Below the pieces are notes generated by a model. The model saw only the letters and a list, made by a program, of their open reading frames with translations, did no database searches and was not told the DNA's origin. A DNA stretch of 64,000 bases. Origin: Eledone cirrhosa. Its lineage: Eukaryota. Location: the NCBI GenBank assembly GCA_964016885.1, contig OZ024746.1, positions 19,964,001 through 20,028,000 on the forward strand, given 5' to 3'. The first letter of the stretch is position 1. The number at the start of each line of letters is the position of its first letter. Positions 38,249 through 49,715 of the stretch are shown here, one piece after another. The position numbers and the translations under genes were made by a program.

Positions 38249-41200
38249 ATATTTTCTCTCGCTGATAGGACATGTGAAAGCAAATCGTTTTCCTTCATAT
38301 AAACACTTTGATTCTAATTAAACACTTTTTCAATTTGTATTTTCTGCATTATTTTGTAATAAGTATCTCATGAATTTCTAAATATCTTATATCTGTGGTC
38401 GAAAAGAACCAGTTTCACTTAATTATAAATATAAAGTTCAAGAGTATATTTGGGAACATGCACAATTTAAAATATATATTCTTAAAATATATTACTCATT
38501 ACTTTTCATTATGGATGCTTTAATAAAATTACTCATGCTTATAGTTATGTTATTTAGAATTGTCTTCCTTCCATTAACTTTAAGAAAATATTACTTGATC
38601 ACAAGATTACTAGATCTGAAATTTGAAATATAAAATAAAATGATCAGTCAAAATATTTTCCTGTTTCCTTTAATTTTGATTTTATGGAATAAAAATGTTT
38701 AATTCAGATTTGACAGGATTTATGACCGATAGTATCAGCAATGGAAACATTGTTTCCTTAGTCTGATTTGACAAGTTCCACTCAACTTGGTAAGCGAATG
38801 AGGTCTGGGATCTTATTGATTGAAGTCTGCCAGGAGTTGCGACCAGTAGATATCAGTAATGGAAAAACTAGTGGGTTCTATGATTGATCCAGTTGAATCC
38901 CTCGAGTGAGATCAGCTGAGCTCTTGGATATTATCCAACCATCTTGCTTGGGGTCTACCCCTGGGTCACCTGCCAGTTTGTTTTGCCTGTAAAATCTGTC
39001 AAGCCTTTCTTTCCTGAGACATTCTAACCATATGCCTGAAATATCAACTGTAGCAAATGCTCTTTCACAATTTAAAGAGGATAGTAATATCAGATACAAA
39101 AGACATCTTTTAGAGGCAAGGGAAAAAAAGATATTAAAGTTGATACCAATCTTTAGATTGAATTAGTAAAATGGAAAAATCTTTATTTTTGTTAGATAAT
39201 TTTTCCCTTCTTCTAAAAGAAAAAAAACTTTAGAAATCTAATATTTTAATATCAGACTTTGTTAAATTGAGATCAAAGAATTTCTCAACATCTAAAATCC
39301 TTTAGAAGCAGAAAATGTATATTTTTGCTTATTTGCTTTCAGGTAATGCTAACTCAGCTATTTTTGATTAGCTTATTAATCTCACTTAGAAGTAAAGATA
39401 ATAAACTAAAATGTAACTGGTTTGAAATTGATATTAAAAATTAAGAAATTCTTCCTGATTATTTTGTAATGGAAATAAAAATATTTAACTTTATTGTATC
39501 TGAAGAAAATCTTATTTTTAAACAAAATTCGTTGACAGAATATTTATAGACATGTGTTTTTTATTACTTTCCATATTTCAAACAAACCACAGTATAATTC
39601 TTTAATGTTTGATATTTCTTTAAATTAATTTAGATAAGTTTAGAAGCTACTTAACTCTACTTTTAAATAGTTATTCATTTTCTAAGGGATAGCTGCTGCT
39701 TATTCAAATCTTTCAACAGTTAATATTTGCTATAAAAATTGGTATCTAAAATTTTCTGGGTTCTTTTAATTAGTTAATATTTCTAAATGTTTCATGGTAA
39801 AATCTTTTGTACATGCTTCAGTCTTTTCCCCTTAAATTATATTTCAGGTTTAATTTTGCAAAAATATTTAGTAGCTTAAATATTTTGAATATATTACCAT
39901 TAATTTAGTTAACATTCTAGATTTTCTTAAATATCCACAATTATAATTGTATTTGTGAATTCAATAAATTATTTTTGTATCCTAATTTTTGTTTCTTGTC
40001 ATTCATGTGATTTATTTGTAATAAACCAACACCTTAGAATAAGTTTGCACTTGAGATGAAACTTTATGAGAGGAACAACTACCAAAGATATTTCAGGGTT
40101 TTTTAGTTTTTATTTATTTATTTTTTGCTATATCTTAATATATACTTTGATATTGCCTTTCAATGGATCATATATTGATGATATTCTTCAAAGTTGGATA
40201 ATTTTCAGTTTTTCTTTTTTTTCTTTTTGTATGGTGCGAGTCGGGTTATTTTACAAACCTGTTTATACAAAAAAAAACTTAACCTTTGATGCACTAGTAA
40301 TTTTTATGAATTGTTTCCCTTGACGGTCAGAGTTCAAATCCTGCGATAAAATAAAGCACCAGTAATGCACTGGGATAATTGCTGGCCCCTATGGTGCATG
40401 AAGTCACCTATAGTGTGTTAAAGGGAAATGAAAAGATTAAAGGGAATTAAGCAACAGATGAGTTTTGTTTTACACTAATGATTAGTTTCAAACGCTACAC
40501 TTGAGTAAAGTTGTTAAATGTTGCATTTTTTTTTTTTTTTTTTTTTTTTTGTTTTATGAAGTATTGTTACATGGAGTGGAACTAGCTTGGATATTGACCA
40601 CTCTATGCTACTCTTCAATGTAAAATAATTTCAAGTTGGTTTGGCAAGCTGACAAAGTGGAGGCATGTGGCCTAGTGGTAAGGGTATTGGACTTGCAATC
40701 ATAATGGCATGGGTTTGATTGCTGGACTGGGTTTTGTGTTCGTGAGCAAAACATTTCATTTCATTTTGTTGCAGCATACTCGGCTGAAAATGAGTACAAG
40801 CTGGGAGTTTAACCCTGCAATAGGCTGGCATCTTGTCCAGGAGGGAGTTTTGTAATTTCAGTTGCTTCATGCCATAGAAACTGGGATAAACACTGACCTG
40901 GAGAGCTTCTGGGCCTGAAACAGACTTTAGATATTTTTAGGAAGCTGACAAACCTACTTACTTTGACCACTTTAAAGAGATTTCAAAGTCCAGCAATAGC
41001 ATATATGCACAATAAATATGCTCAGACTGCTTTTTAGAAGTGTTGACAACTAATGTTACCTGGGTGATTTTAAATTTGTTGTGGTGGGGTTGTTCTGAAA
41101 ATACAGTAGCTAGAGTGAGAACTGACTGGAAAGTTCAGGGAGATACTCCTTTGTTTGTTCATCTTTGAATGAAAGGCAGATTGCATTATGCCTGTGTGCA

Positions 41201-42899
41201 AACTGCAAGGCAGTGTGACTTGGACCTTGAGTGCAGAGGGATTTGTGAAGATTGGAAAGAAATGAGGGGTCCATGCTATGATGGATGGATGTGAAATAGT
41301 AAATGTGCATGAATGACAGAGCATAAAAGGGATCAGATGCAGTGTATAAGATTGCAAAGGTATGGATATGTAATGTACATGGAAGATGAGAGCTGCATAA
41401 ATAATTGCAGAGCACTCAATCAACAGAACCTGAGGAAGACCTAGGAAACTTGTGATGACTGACCTCGTGGAGATGTAACAGGATTAAATTGACTGGTGAT
41501 TTTGAAGTCAAAGAGAATACCACAGAGCATTCTAACGACATCCAATTCGCTGCATACATACATACCACAAATGGATGGTCGTATCTGGAATTCCTGTGAT
41601 CATTGATCTGCTCATTTCAATCAGTAAGGACATAGAGGTAAAAAGCAAAATAAATAGTAACATTAACATTTTATAATTACGAAATCCTATTGCAAATTGA
41701 CAATACACATACACACTAAACAGATGAACGAATCACATGTTCACTAGCCTATAATTATTTATGCTCAGTTGTTGTAGTGCTAAGCTACCACTGGATAGGT
41801 TATTAGGGTTCAGTAGGCTAAGTGCCCAGCCCACCCTGTAAGGTGGACCTGTTGGTGACACGACTAAAAGCACTGTAAAGTAGTTGGCATTAGGAAGGGC
41901 ATCCAGTTGTAGAAACCAAGCCAAAATACAGATCTGTGTGAGCAAGATATGGTCTCTGGACATGACTTGTCTCGTAACATGACAACCTGTCTAACCCATG
42001 GAAAATGGACATTAAACGATGAAGAGGATGTAGTGTTAAGCATAGGATGATGTTATATAAACAAATACTATGGGAATTGTTTCAATCATCTAAATCAGCT
42101 TCTATAATGGATACTGTTACAGAAGCTGCTCTCATTGAAAACATTTCTCTCAATAGTCAACACTAACTAATTTGTTTTGCTGGTTAAATTACCTAGCCAA
42201 GACAACAGCAATCAATACTCCTGAAACTGCATGGCCTTCTGGTTTGGATGCATGTTGTCGGTTCAATTCCTGGACAGGGTGCTGTGCTGTATTCTTGAGC
42301 AAAACACTTTATTTCACATTACTCCAGTACACTCAGCAGAAACTGGGGAGCTAAGCCTGTAATAGACTGGCGTCCTACACAGGGAGACTCTTTACTCTCA
42401 GTCACTTAGTGCTTAGGAAATTGTGGATAAACACCAGCATGATGAGCTTAGAACATATTTTAACTAACTTAGCAATATATTATAAACTTCTGTGTCACAG
42501 ATCTACTGAATCTTCTCTCTGCCTATAATACTTCAACTACAACATTAACTTTTCACAGAGGATACACTCATCTGTCATCTCATTACCTATACTGTTTTGC
42601 TAAGACCCTTTCACTTCAGAATGTCAAATTCCAGAAATTTCCTTTCCATTCACGTTTTTCCCAGACATGTTGACTTACAGATGTTGAAATTGAAACATCA
42701 ATTGTATCAACCTGGACAATCTCAGATACACTGTAAACACTAAAGGTACTTTATTCTCATCATTAATACATACTATACTCGTATATATTAATGATAAGTA
42801 TGAAGTGTAACATCTCAGGCTGAATTTCATCCTCCCCAGAGGCCTTGCTACATTTGAGCTCTTAAATTGCATTTGTGATCTCAGCCTCCGTGAGATTAG

Positions 42900-44110
42900 T
42901 CATCACTCCCAGATGCAACACGGGACACATTCAGGCCTTAGGTAGAGGAGCCTGTTCGAAAAAATATATTGCTGTCTCTATCCAATGCTGCAAGAACTGG
43001 TGATAGGCTTGCAGCCTGTCCTGAGAGGCATGGGATCTTGAAGAAGTAACTGCAACGTTAGATGTAGTTAAGATCGATTCATATATCGTGATGGAAAACT
43101 TCAATGCACATGTCGACACTGATCCCCTGACATTGAAAGAAGTGATTGGAACTATTCATTAGTGTAAAACAAGACTCATCTGTTGCTTAATTCCCTTTAA
43201 TCTTTTCATTTCCCTTTAACACACTATAGGTGTGACTTTTTGTGCCTGATTGTATCGCAAGTGCAAGAAGAGGGACTTATCTCCCCTGACATTGAAAGAA
43301 GTGATTGGAAGGGATGGCAATCCTGATCTAATTACGAGGCCTTATTAGACTTCTGTTCTAGTAATGGCCTCTCTATTATGAACACCTGGTACAAAGACAT
43401 TCATAAATACACATGGTATAAGGGAAATCAAGGACAGAGATCAATAATTGATTTTGTTATTGTCTGATCTATTCGATTCTGTGTTGGATGTTCATGTTAC
43501 AAGAGGGGCTGAGTTGTCAAATGATCCCAATCTAGGTATCTGCAACCTGAGACTATCTAAACTCAAGGAAGCCCAAAAAACTGACAGGATGAGCTCAAAG
43601 TACAGAATAAAGTGGGAAGCATTAGTGGGTAAGGAAGTCAAGACCAGGTATGCAGATACTATTGCATCCAAATTCAGAGAACTCCCTGAGCAAACTGAGG
43701 ACATTGAAACTGAATGGAGATTGTTCAGCTCTGCAGTTTCGGTTTCTGCTATTAAATGCTGTGGGGAAAAGTGGCTTGGTGTGGGGCTGAGTGGCAGGAG
43801 GACGCCTTGATTCATAAAGGGGACAAAAATGTCATCTGAGCAAAGAAGGAGATATACGAAGCTTGGGTTGGAGATAAGTCCCTCTTCTTGCACTTGCGAT
43901 ACAAAAAGTCACATGAGACGAATTTGGGGTTAAGCTGGAGCTTGACTTCAGATCAGCAATTTAAGTATTCCAGTAGACCATATATCAAACTCGAAATAAG
44001 TCCTCCTCAACGCCTGCTACCATGAACACATCTGGGGTTCTTCTCTCTTTAGATAGGTGCATCTTCACGAGGTGGAGAGAATATTTTGTTGATCTCCTTA
44101 AACTCAGTCG
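42900..44110 (+). mobile_element. RTE-like LINE APE-endonuclease/linker fragment, degenerate
   Basis: ENFNAHV, LLDFCSSNGLSIMNTWY, HKYTWY...SIIDF, ELSND (SDH-like), DIETEWRLF, RWREYFVDLL. Confidence 0.8.
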
Positions 44111-44427
44111 CAACAGCATCTTCTGCTGTACGTACATATGTACATACATACATACATACATACATGATGATGGCTGCCCCCTCGTTATCGAGTATGGCCA
44201 TTGCACGATATACCATTATTAGTAATTATTAATTAATGCCATCGTGCAATGCCTGTGCGTAAAGATTTTTTTTAAAGTGAGGAAAGTGAGGAAAGACTGT
44301 GCACTGAGCCAATCCCACTCTCTGAGCGACAGTAGCTATATCCCGAAAAGAAGAAAAGATTAACATCATCGGTAACTACTGAGCCGCATACATACATACA
44401 TACATACATACATACATACATACATAC

Positions 44428-45040
44428 GTGGTGGCTGCCAACTCATTTTCGAGTACGGCCACTACTTTATATCCATGTAGGAGAACCCCCACCGATGCGC
44501 TGAACGAGTGTGGCTTCTTAGTCCAGCCAGCAACTTGAAAACTCTGGTACAAACACTACACTTGTGACAATTATTGACACATAGTGCTGGGCCCATGGTA
44601 CCATGGTACCATATGACGACAAGTGCAGAGAGATCTCCAGATATAAAGCAATGCCTGTGCCGTGAAGCTTTTATAGTGAGCAAAGGCACTGCACAAAGTC
44701 AGTCCCACTCTCTTAACCAAGATGATATTTACCAAAAAGAATAACAAGTCAACATCATTGGATACCATCAGAGTTGCAGGTGTTAAATCAGAGTTTTCCT
44801 TCTTCTAGAATTCTGCCTTGACAAAGGCTAAGGGGTCATCTCTCCCGGTGATTTTGGATGGCCATTGACTCTTAAGAGTTCCTTTGACAGGTTTTGTTTT
44901 TATTCCTGCAGGATGTCCAAAGTCACCCTCCTCACCAAGAAACCTTGGTGGGGTTGCCAGTTTAGCCGCCAACGACCCGACCATGAGTCAGGTTGTACTG
45001 GGATACATGTTACCAGTAGCACCAACTGGTGACCTGACAT
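44428..45040 (-). mobile_element. ~600-bp non-autonomous RTE-derived element (copy 2)
   Basis: CSVCTRVFKLLAGLRSHTRSAH resembles the C-terminal zinc finger of RTE/BovB-type ORFs; (TATG)n on both sides. Confidence 0.65.
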
Positions 45041-45107
45041 ACATACATACATACATACATACATACATACATCCATCCATCCATCCACCCATACATACAT
45101 ACACCTA

Positions 45108-45520
45108 TATTACACCTTCAGATTTATGCCTGTGATTATTGGGGCACTGGGATATGTTAGTAACTGCCTCAATACAAATCTTGAGAAACTGGGCTTCACA
45201 GGAAGAGAAAGAACACAACTAGTTAGGAAATTACAAGTACAATCCATTAATGGAACAGTAAAAATATGTAAAACATTCCAAACATTTTGCATCTAATAAC
45301 TGCATATACACATGTACAGATACAAAGCATATACACATGCACACATATAACTCAAAACATACACATCCACACATACAATAACATCCATATCTACACATGC
45401 ATGCATACATATCTACCTAGTTGATGTTGTGTAAATTCCAATGAGAGAGTATGTGTCTATGTTAGAAACCGACTCTCTCTCTATTGGTAAAACTTTGTGA
45501 AATTATAAAAACCAGAAGAA
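45108..45520 (+). mobile_element. RLE-type (R4/Dong/NeSL-like) LINE 3' end
   Basis: MPVIIGALGYV...LEKLGF...KLQVQSINGTVKICKTF C-terminal pattern, then UTR and (CATA)n. Confidence 0.55.
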
Positions 45521-45542
45521 CATACATACATACATACATACA

Positions 45543-45574
<32 letters not shown>

Positions 45575-45915
45575 CATCAACCCCACACACGTAGTAAGTA
45601 GAATATCCAAAGATGTGAAGAGAACTTAATCTTGTGAGAAGAATTGTAAGTTGTTATATATTATACCGATGCTACTAGAGTATTTATACTCCAGCAGCCA
45701 CTTGCGTACGCCATATCGAAACATGAAGTCCTTACGTGAAAAACCAAGATCAAATGGGAGTTTTGGCGCGACTATAGTAAGCAATTGAATTTGACATAAG
45801 AGAGGTAAATGCGTTTGGTTTATATTTAGAGTTACTTCCCTTGCAATTGAACATTTAGCGGGAGGGTAGTTAAATTAATTTACTGATCTTAAAACATTTT
45901 CATTTTATTTAATTA

Positions 45916-46087
45916 CCGTATTTCCCGGCACCGAAGACGCTTCGTCCTCGAGGACGCAGCCTAATTTTGACAACCAAAAATTTGAAAAAAAAAAAAATAA
46001 TAAGCAACCTTTGGCCTCCAGGACGTATGGTAGATTTTTTAGACTTATTTTAGTAAAAAAGTAGCGTCTTGACGCCGGGAAATACTG
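45916..46087. mobile_element. pogo/Tc2-like MITE
   Basis: TIRs ccgtatttcccggc / gccgggaaatactg with TA flanks; CpG-decayed half copy ending near 35940. Confidence 0.75.
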
Positions 46088-46117
46088 TATATATAAATTA
46101 ACGTTTTTATTTATTAT

Positions 46118-46152
46118 ATAGTAGCAGTGTATCCCGGTGTTGCACGGGTAAG
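46118..46152 (-). mobile_element. Helitron-like 3' terminus
   Basis: Minus strand cccgtgcaacaccggg hairpin followed by a CTAG-like end (ctac); Helitron-like 5' motif tctatacatacatataaaa...tgtctgtgtgtg near 46522 (+). Confidence 0.4.
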
Positions 46153-46456
46153 AATATTGGTAATAGCACCCCCAATGAGAAACGTTTATTTGTGAGTGCC
46201 TGTTAAAAATTTACGAACTGGACATGCAGAGTTGACACTGCACTTAGTGCTCTTGTGGGAGCCCCTGCATGGACACACTGGAAGAGGAAGACCGAAGTTA
46301 ACATATGTTGATACCCTAAGGACAGACACTGGTCTGTTGGAGACGCAGGACATGGCAGCGATAATGAGGGACAGAGACCGCTGGAGAGAACTCATCCATG
46401 GATCTCGGGAATTTTACCCGCCCTAGATAGATAGATATATTTTTATGTGTATATTT

Positions 46457-46488
<32 letters not shown>

Positions 46489-46569
46489 GTGCATATGTGT
46501 TTGTATATGTATGTATGTATATCTATACATACATATAAAAGTGAAATTGTCTGTGTGTGTGTCCCCTCA

Positions 46570-47095
46570 TTTTTGCACCGTCAAGGAAGCACCAGAGATG
46601 TCGCAGCCTCAGCGCGTGTTTGCGCATCATCAGCCCCGGGCTGCCCAGCCCTCAACGCAACGGGTATTGACAGCAGATGGATCGTCTGACCATGGGAGCA
46701 CGTCCCTTCCATAAAAAGTGGAAGAGGAGGCGCTCCATTTTTGTCAGAGTTGGGTCGGGGCAAGGCACAACGGTTAGGCGGTAGCAGATGACGGATGCGA
46801 TGAATGCATTCGCCACCTCTGCCCGACCTTTCTGGGACAGCTTCCTCTCGGCCCATTTTTGGGTAAGAGAGGCCACCCTGTTCGTCACCTCGTTCCAGTT
46901 TTTCTCCATCTGGAGGTCCGGACCGAACCGGACCCCCAGCAATTTAACCGGTCCTTCCGTCCAGCGCCCCACGACGCTGTCGGGCGGCATGGACTTGCCT
47001 CTCCAGGTGCCGAGCTGCAAGCCCACCGACTTTTCCTGGTTTAACTTTGCTCCTGTCACAGCTTCATATTCTTTGAGAGCGATGCCGAGCATCTG
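46570..47095 (-). mobile_element. L1/Tx1-clade LINE RT-thumb fragment
   Basis: YEAVTGAKLNQEKS...VKLLGVRFG...NWNEV...W.ERKLSQKGRAEVAN...FHFLWKG. Confidence 0.85.
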
Positions 47096-47417
47096 GACAT
47101 TTCCGGCGCTTGACCGGGCCGCTCTGATTATGCGCCTGTAGACTGAGGAGTGTAAAACTGAGAGAGGGCGCTTGCCCTGGTGGTCAGGGTGGCCGTGGTC
47201 TTTTGTGTGGTTTTCGCCACAAGTGACCCTCGGAAGTTTGCCCCCTATTGCGGAATTTTCGAATTTTTTGATATTTTTATCTTCTTGTTATAACGCTGGA
47301 GAGAACTCGTCCATGGATCTCGGGAATTTTACCCGCCCTAGATATATAGATATATATATTTTATGTGTATATTTATTTATATATAAGTATATGTGTATAT
47401 GTGTTTGTATATGTATG

Positions 47418-47450
<33 letters not shown>

Positions 47451-47507
47451 GTGTATATATGTATATATATGTGTATATATGTGTGTGTATATGTATATAT
47501 GTGTATA

Positions 47508-47560
<53 letters not shown>

Positions 47561-48989
47561 GTATATATATATATATGTCATATATATATATATATATATG
47601 TATATATATGTATATGTATATATATGTACATGTGTGTGTGTGCGTGTGAATGTGGCGAAGATAATACGTCAGCAATGACGTGTTGGTCATAATGTCGTTA
47701 TGCAGACAGCCAGGCATAGAGACAGATATTATAAGGGCGGTGGATTGGCAGTATCGGCAGAGGATCGGACGCCATGCTTTCCAGCATAGTTACGCCCCTT
47801 TACGATCTGAGTTCAAATCCTGCCGAGGTTGACTTTGCCTTTCATCCTTACGGGGTCGATAAAATAAAGTACCAGTAATGCACTGGGTAATAAAATAATA
47901 AATAATTAACTACATGAATGAATAACTATAAAATAATTAGAAAAACACTACAAATATTTAAAAACAGAAAAGGAAGAGTAAGGCAAGAGCTCTATAGCCA
48001 CAGAAGAATGAGAGGGTGAGGGTGAGGGTAATTGATTCTGATCCTAGGGCACGGTGATGTTGGGGCTGCGCCCCACTGACAAGACCGCAAAAGCATTTCC
48101 GAGGATAATGCTCAGCGACACCCACTGCAACAGCCACCCCACCTCACGGGTTTGTCTTCTTTTCCTCTGCATTGCGGGCCGCAGTACCGGAGATTGTGGC
48201 CGAAGGCGACTTCTTCACGTGAAATAGGTTATGTTGATAGTGGTGGACGATTTCTCCGATTTGTTCCAAAATTTCTAATAACTTCTGATCATGAACTTGA
48301 GAATACATTGAAACATGAACCTCATCTCGAATGCAGAACCGAGTTTCACAGAATAAACAGTTAAATTACTAAACTAATGCCGTTATAGAACTTGACATTA
48401 TAAACATATTTAGGCTATGTTCTATATTTGCAAGGCGCTGAAGCCTACTCAAATACATTTCATATCATACTATCTTCCGCAAGCATTAATAACGGCTGCT
48501 ATGCACCATCAATAAACAAAAAAAAAACAAAAAAACCCTTACACAATCCTAGAATTTTAGCAAACACAGGATCAATTAAGGAAGCCGTTATATAATCACT
48601 TGATTTGCTAGAAATAGCAGCCTAATGATCCTCAATAACATTCTACCGTCTTAAAAAAATGACACGCTTAATAATGGTTTCTTATATAGGGACAAGGCCA
48701 TCAATTTTTGGGGAGGAGAAAGTCGATTAAATCAACCCCAGTGCGTGACTGATACTCTATTTTATCGAGCTCGTAATGCAAAGTTAGCCTCGGCGGGATT
48801 TGAACTCAGATCATAAAGGGCCGTAACTCTTTGCTGCAAAGCATGGCGTCCGACTCTCTACCGATACTACCAATAATGCAATCGTTGATATGATGCCGAA
48901 AAAAGGCATTACAATCATAACTGGCCAATGTCTTTGATAATAGATTTACTCAGAGCAGACATTCAGCAGAATCTGTTCGATCTTGCTAG

Positions 48990-49715
48990 GATCTGAATAA
49001 TTCGATGAAGGCTTTAGCTGATTGGCTGACCCGTATATATCCATGTCGTCGTGTTCATAGGAGTATATCGCTAATGAGTTCATGTTTAGCTCTCCAGCAT
49101 ATGCTTCTCTCTCTAATGACAGAAATTACAATAGAATTATTGTTCCTATCTTTATTTGGTCAGATGCTCCTTTCCCAGGATATTTAGAATGGCCCGTAAC
49201 ATGCAGGGATAGGCTTTGCTTCCAGTTATATCTAAAGGATACTAAGGCCACCTTTTCTGTGGATGCAATGTTGCTTCCTACGTATACAAAGGAGTCCACA
49301 GATTTGAAGGTTTTGTTTGGTTGTAGTTATTGAGCCTTCCTGGTTGTAGCAGATATATTCATTCTTCGAAGCGTTAACATAAGGACATACATCTTTTGCT
49401 GTTTTTGTTTTTCAAGGTTATGTAGAAAGGTGATAACTTTTGATATCGTGTCTGTGAAGAGAGCAATATCATCTGAACGGTTTGTATCTGTTATTATTGG
49501 GGAGGTGGACTTTCTTAGCGTGAAATAAAGTTCTTTGATTTTGCCAACTGCAGTGTGAAGGGTTTAGAAGTGGCAGATGATAAACAAGAACAATGCAAGG
49601 GTGTCGCCCTGCAAGACGCCTACATTGATATCGAGTAAACCAGTATCTCTATCAGATGATTCTACTTCAGTTTTTGCGTTTTTATAGAGCACTAGAGGCC
49701 CCTCCCCAAATTTCA
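48990..49715 (-). mobile_element. Degenerate LINE RT fragment (RTE-like)
   Basis: LYKNAKTEV...GVLQGDTLALFLFII and a DDIAL remnant. Confidence 0.7.

Noticed and set aside
44462-44689. Host C2H2 zinc-finger gene
   Set aside because: Single finger inside a duplicated 600-bp retroelement; fits the RTE C-terminal finger
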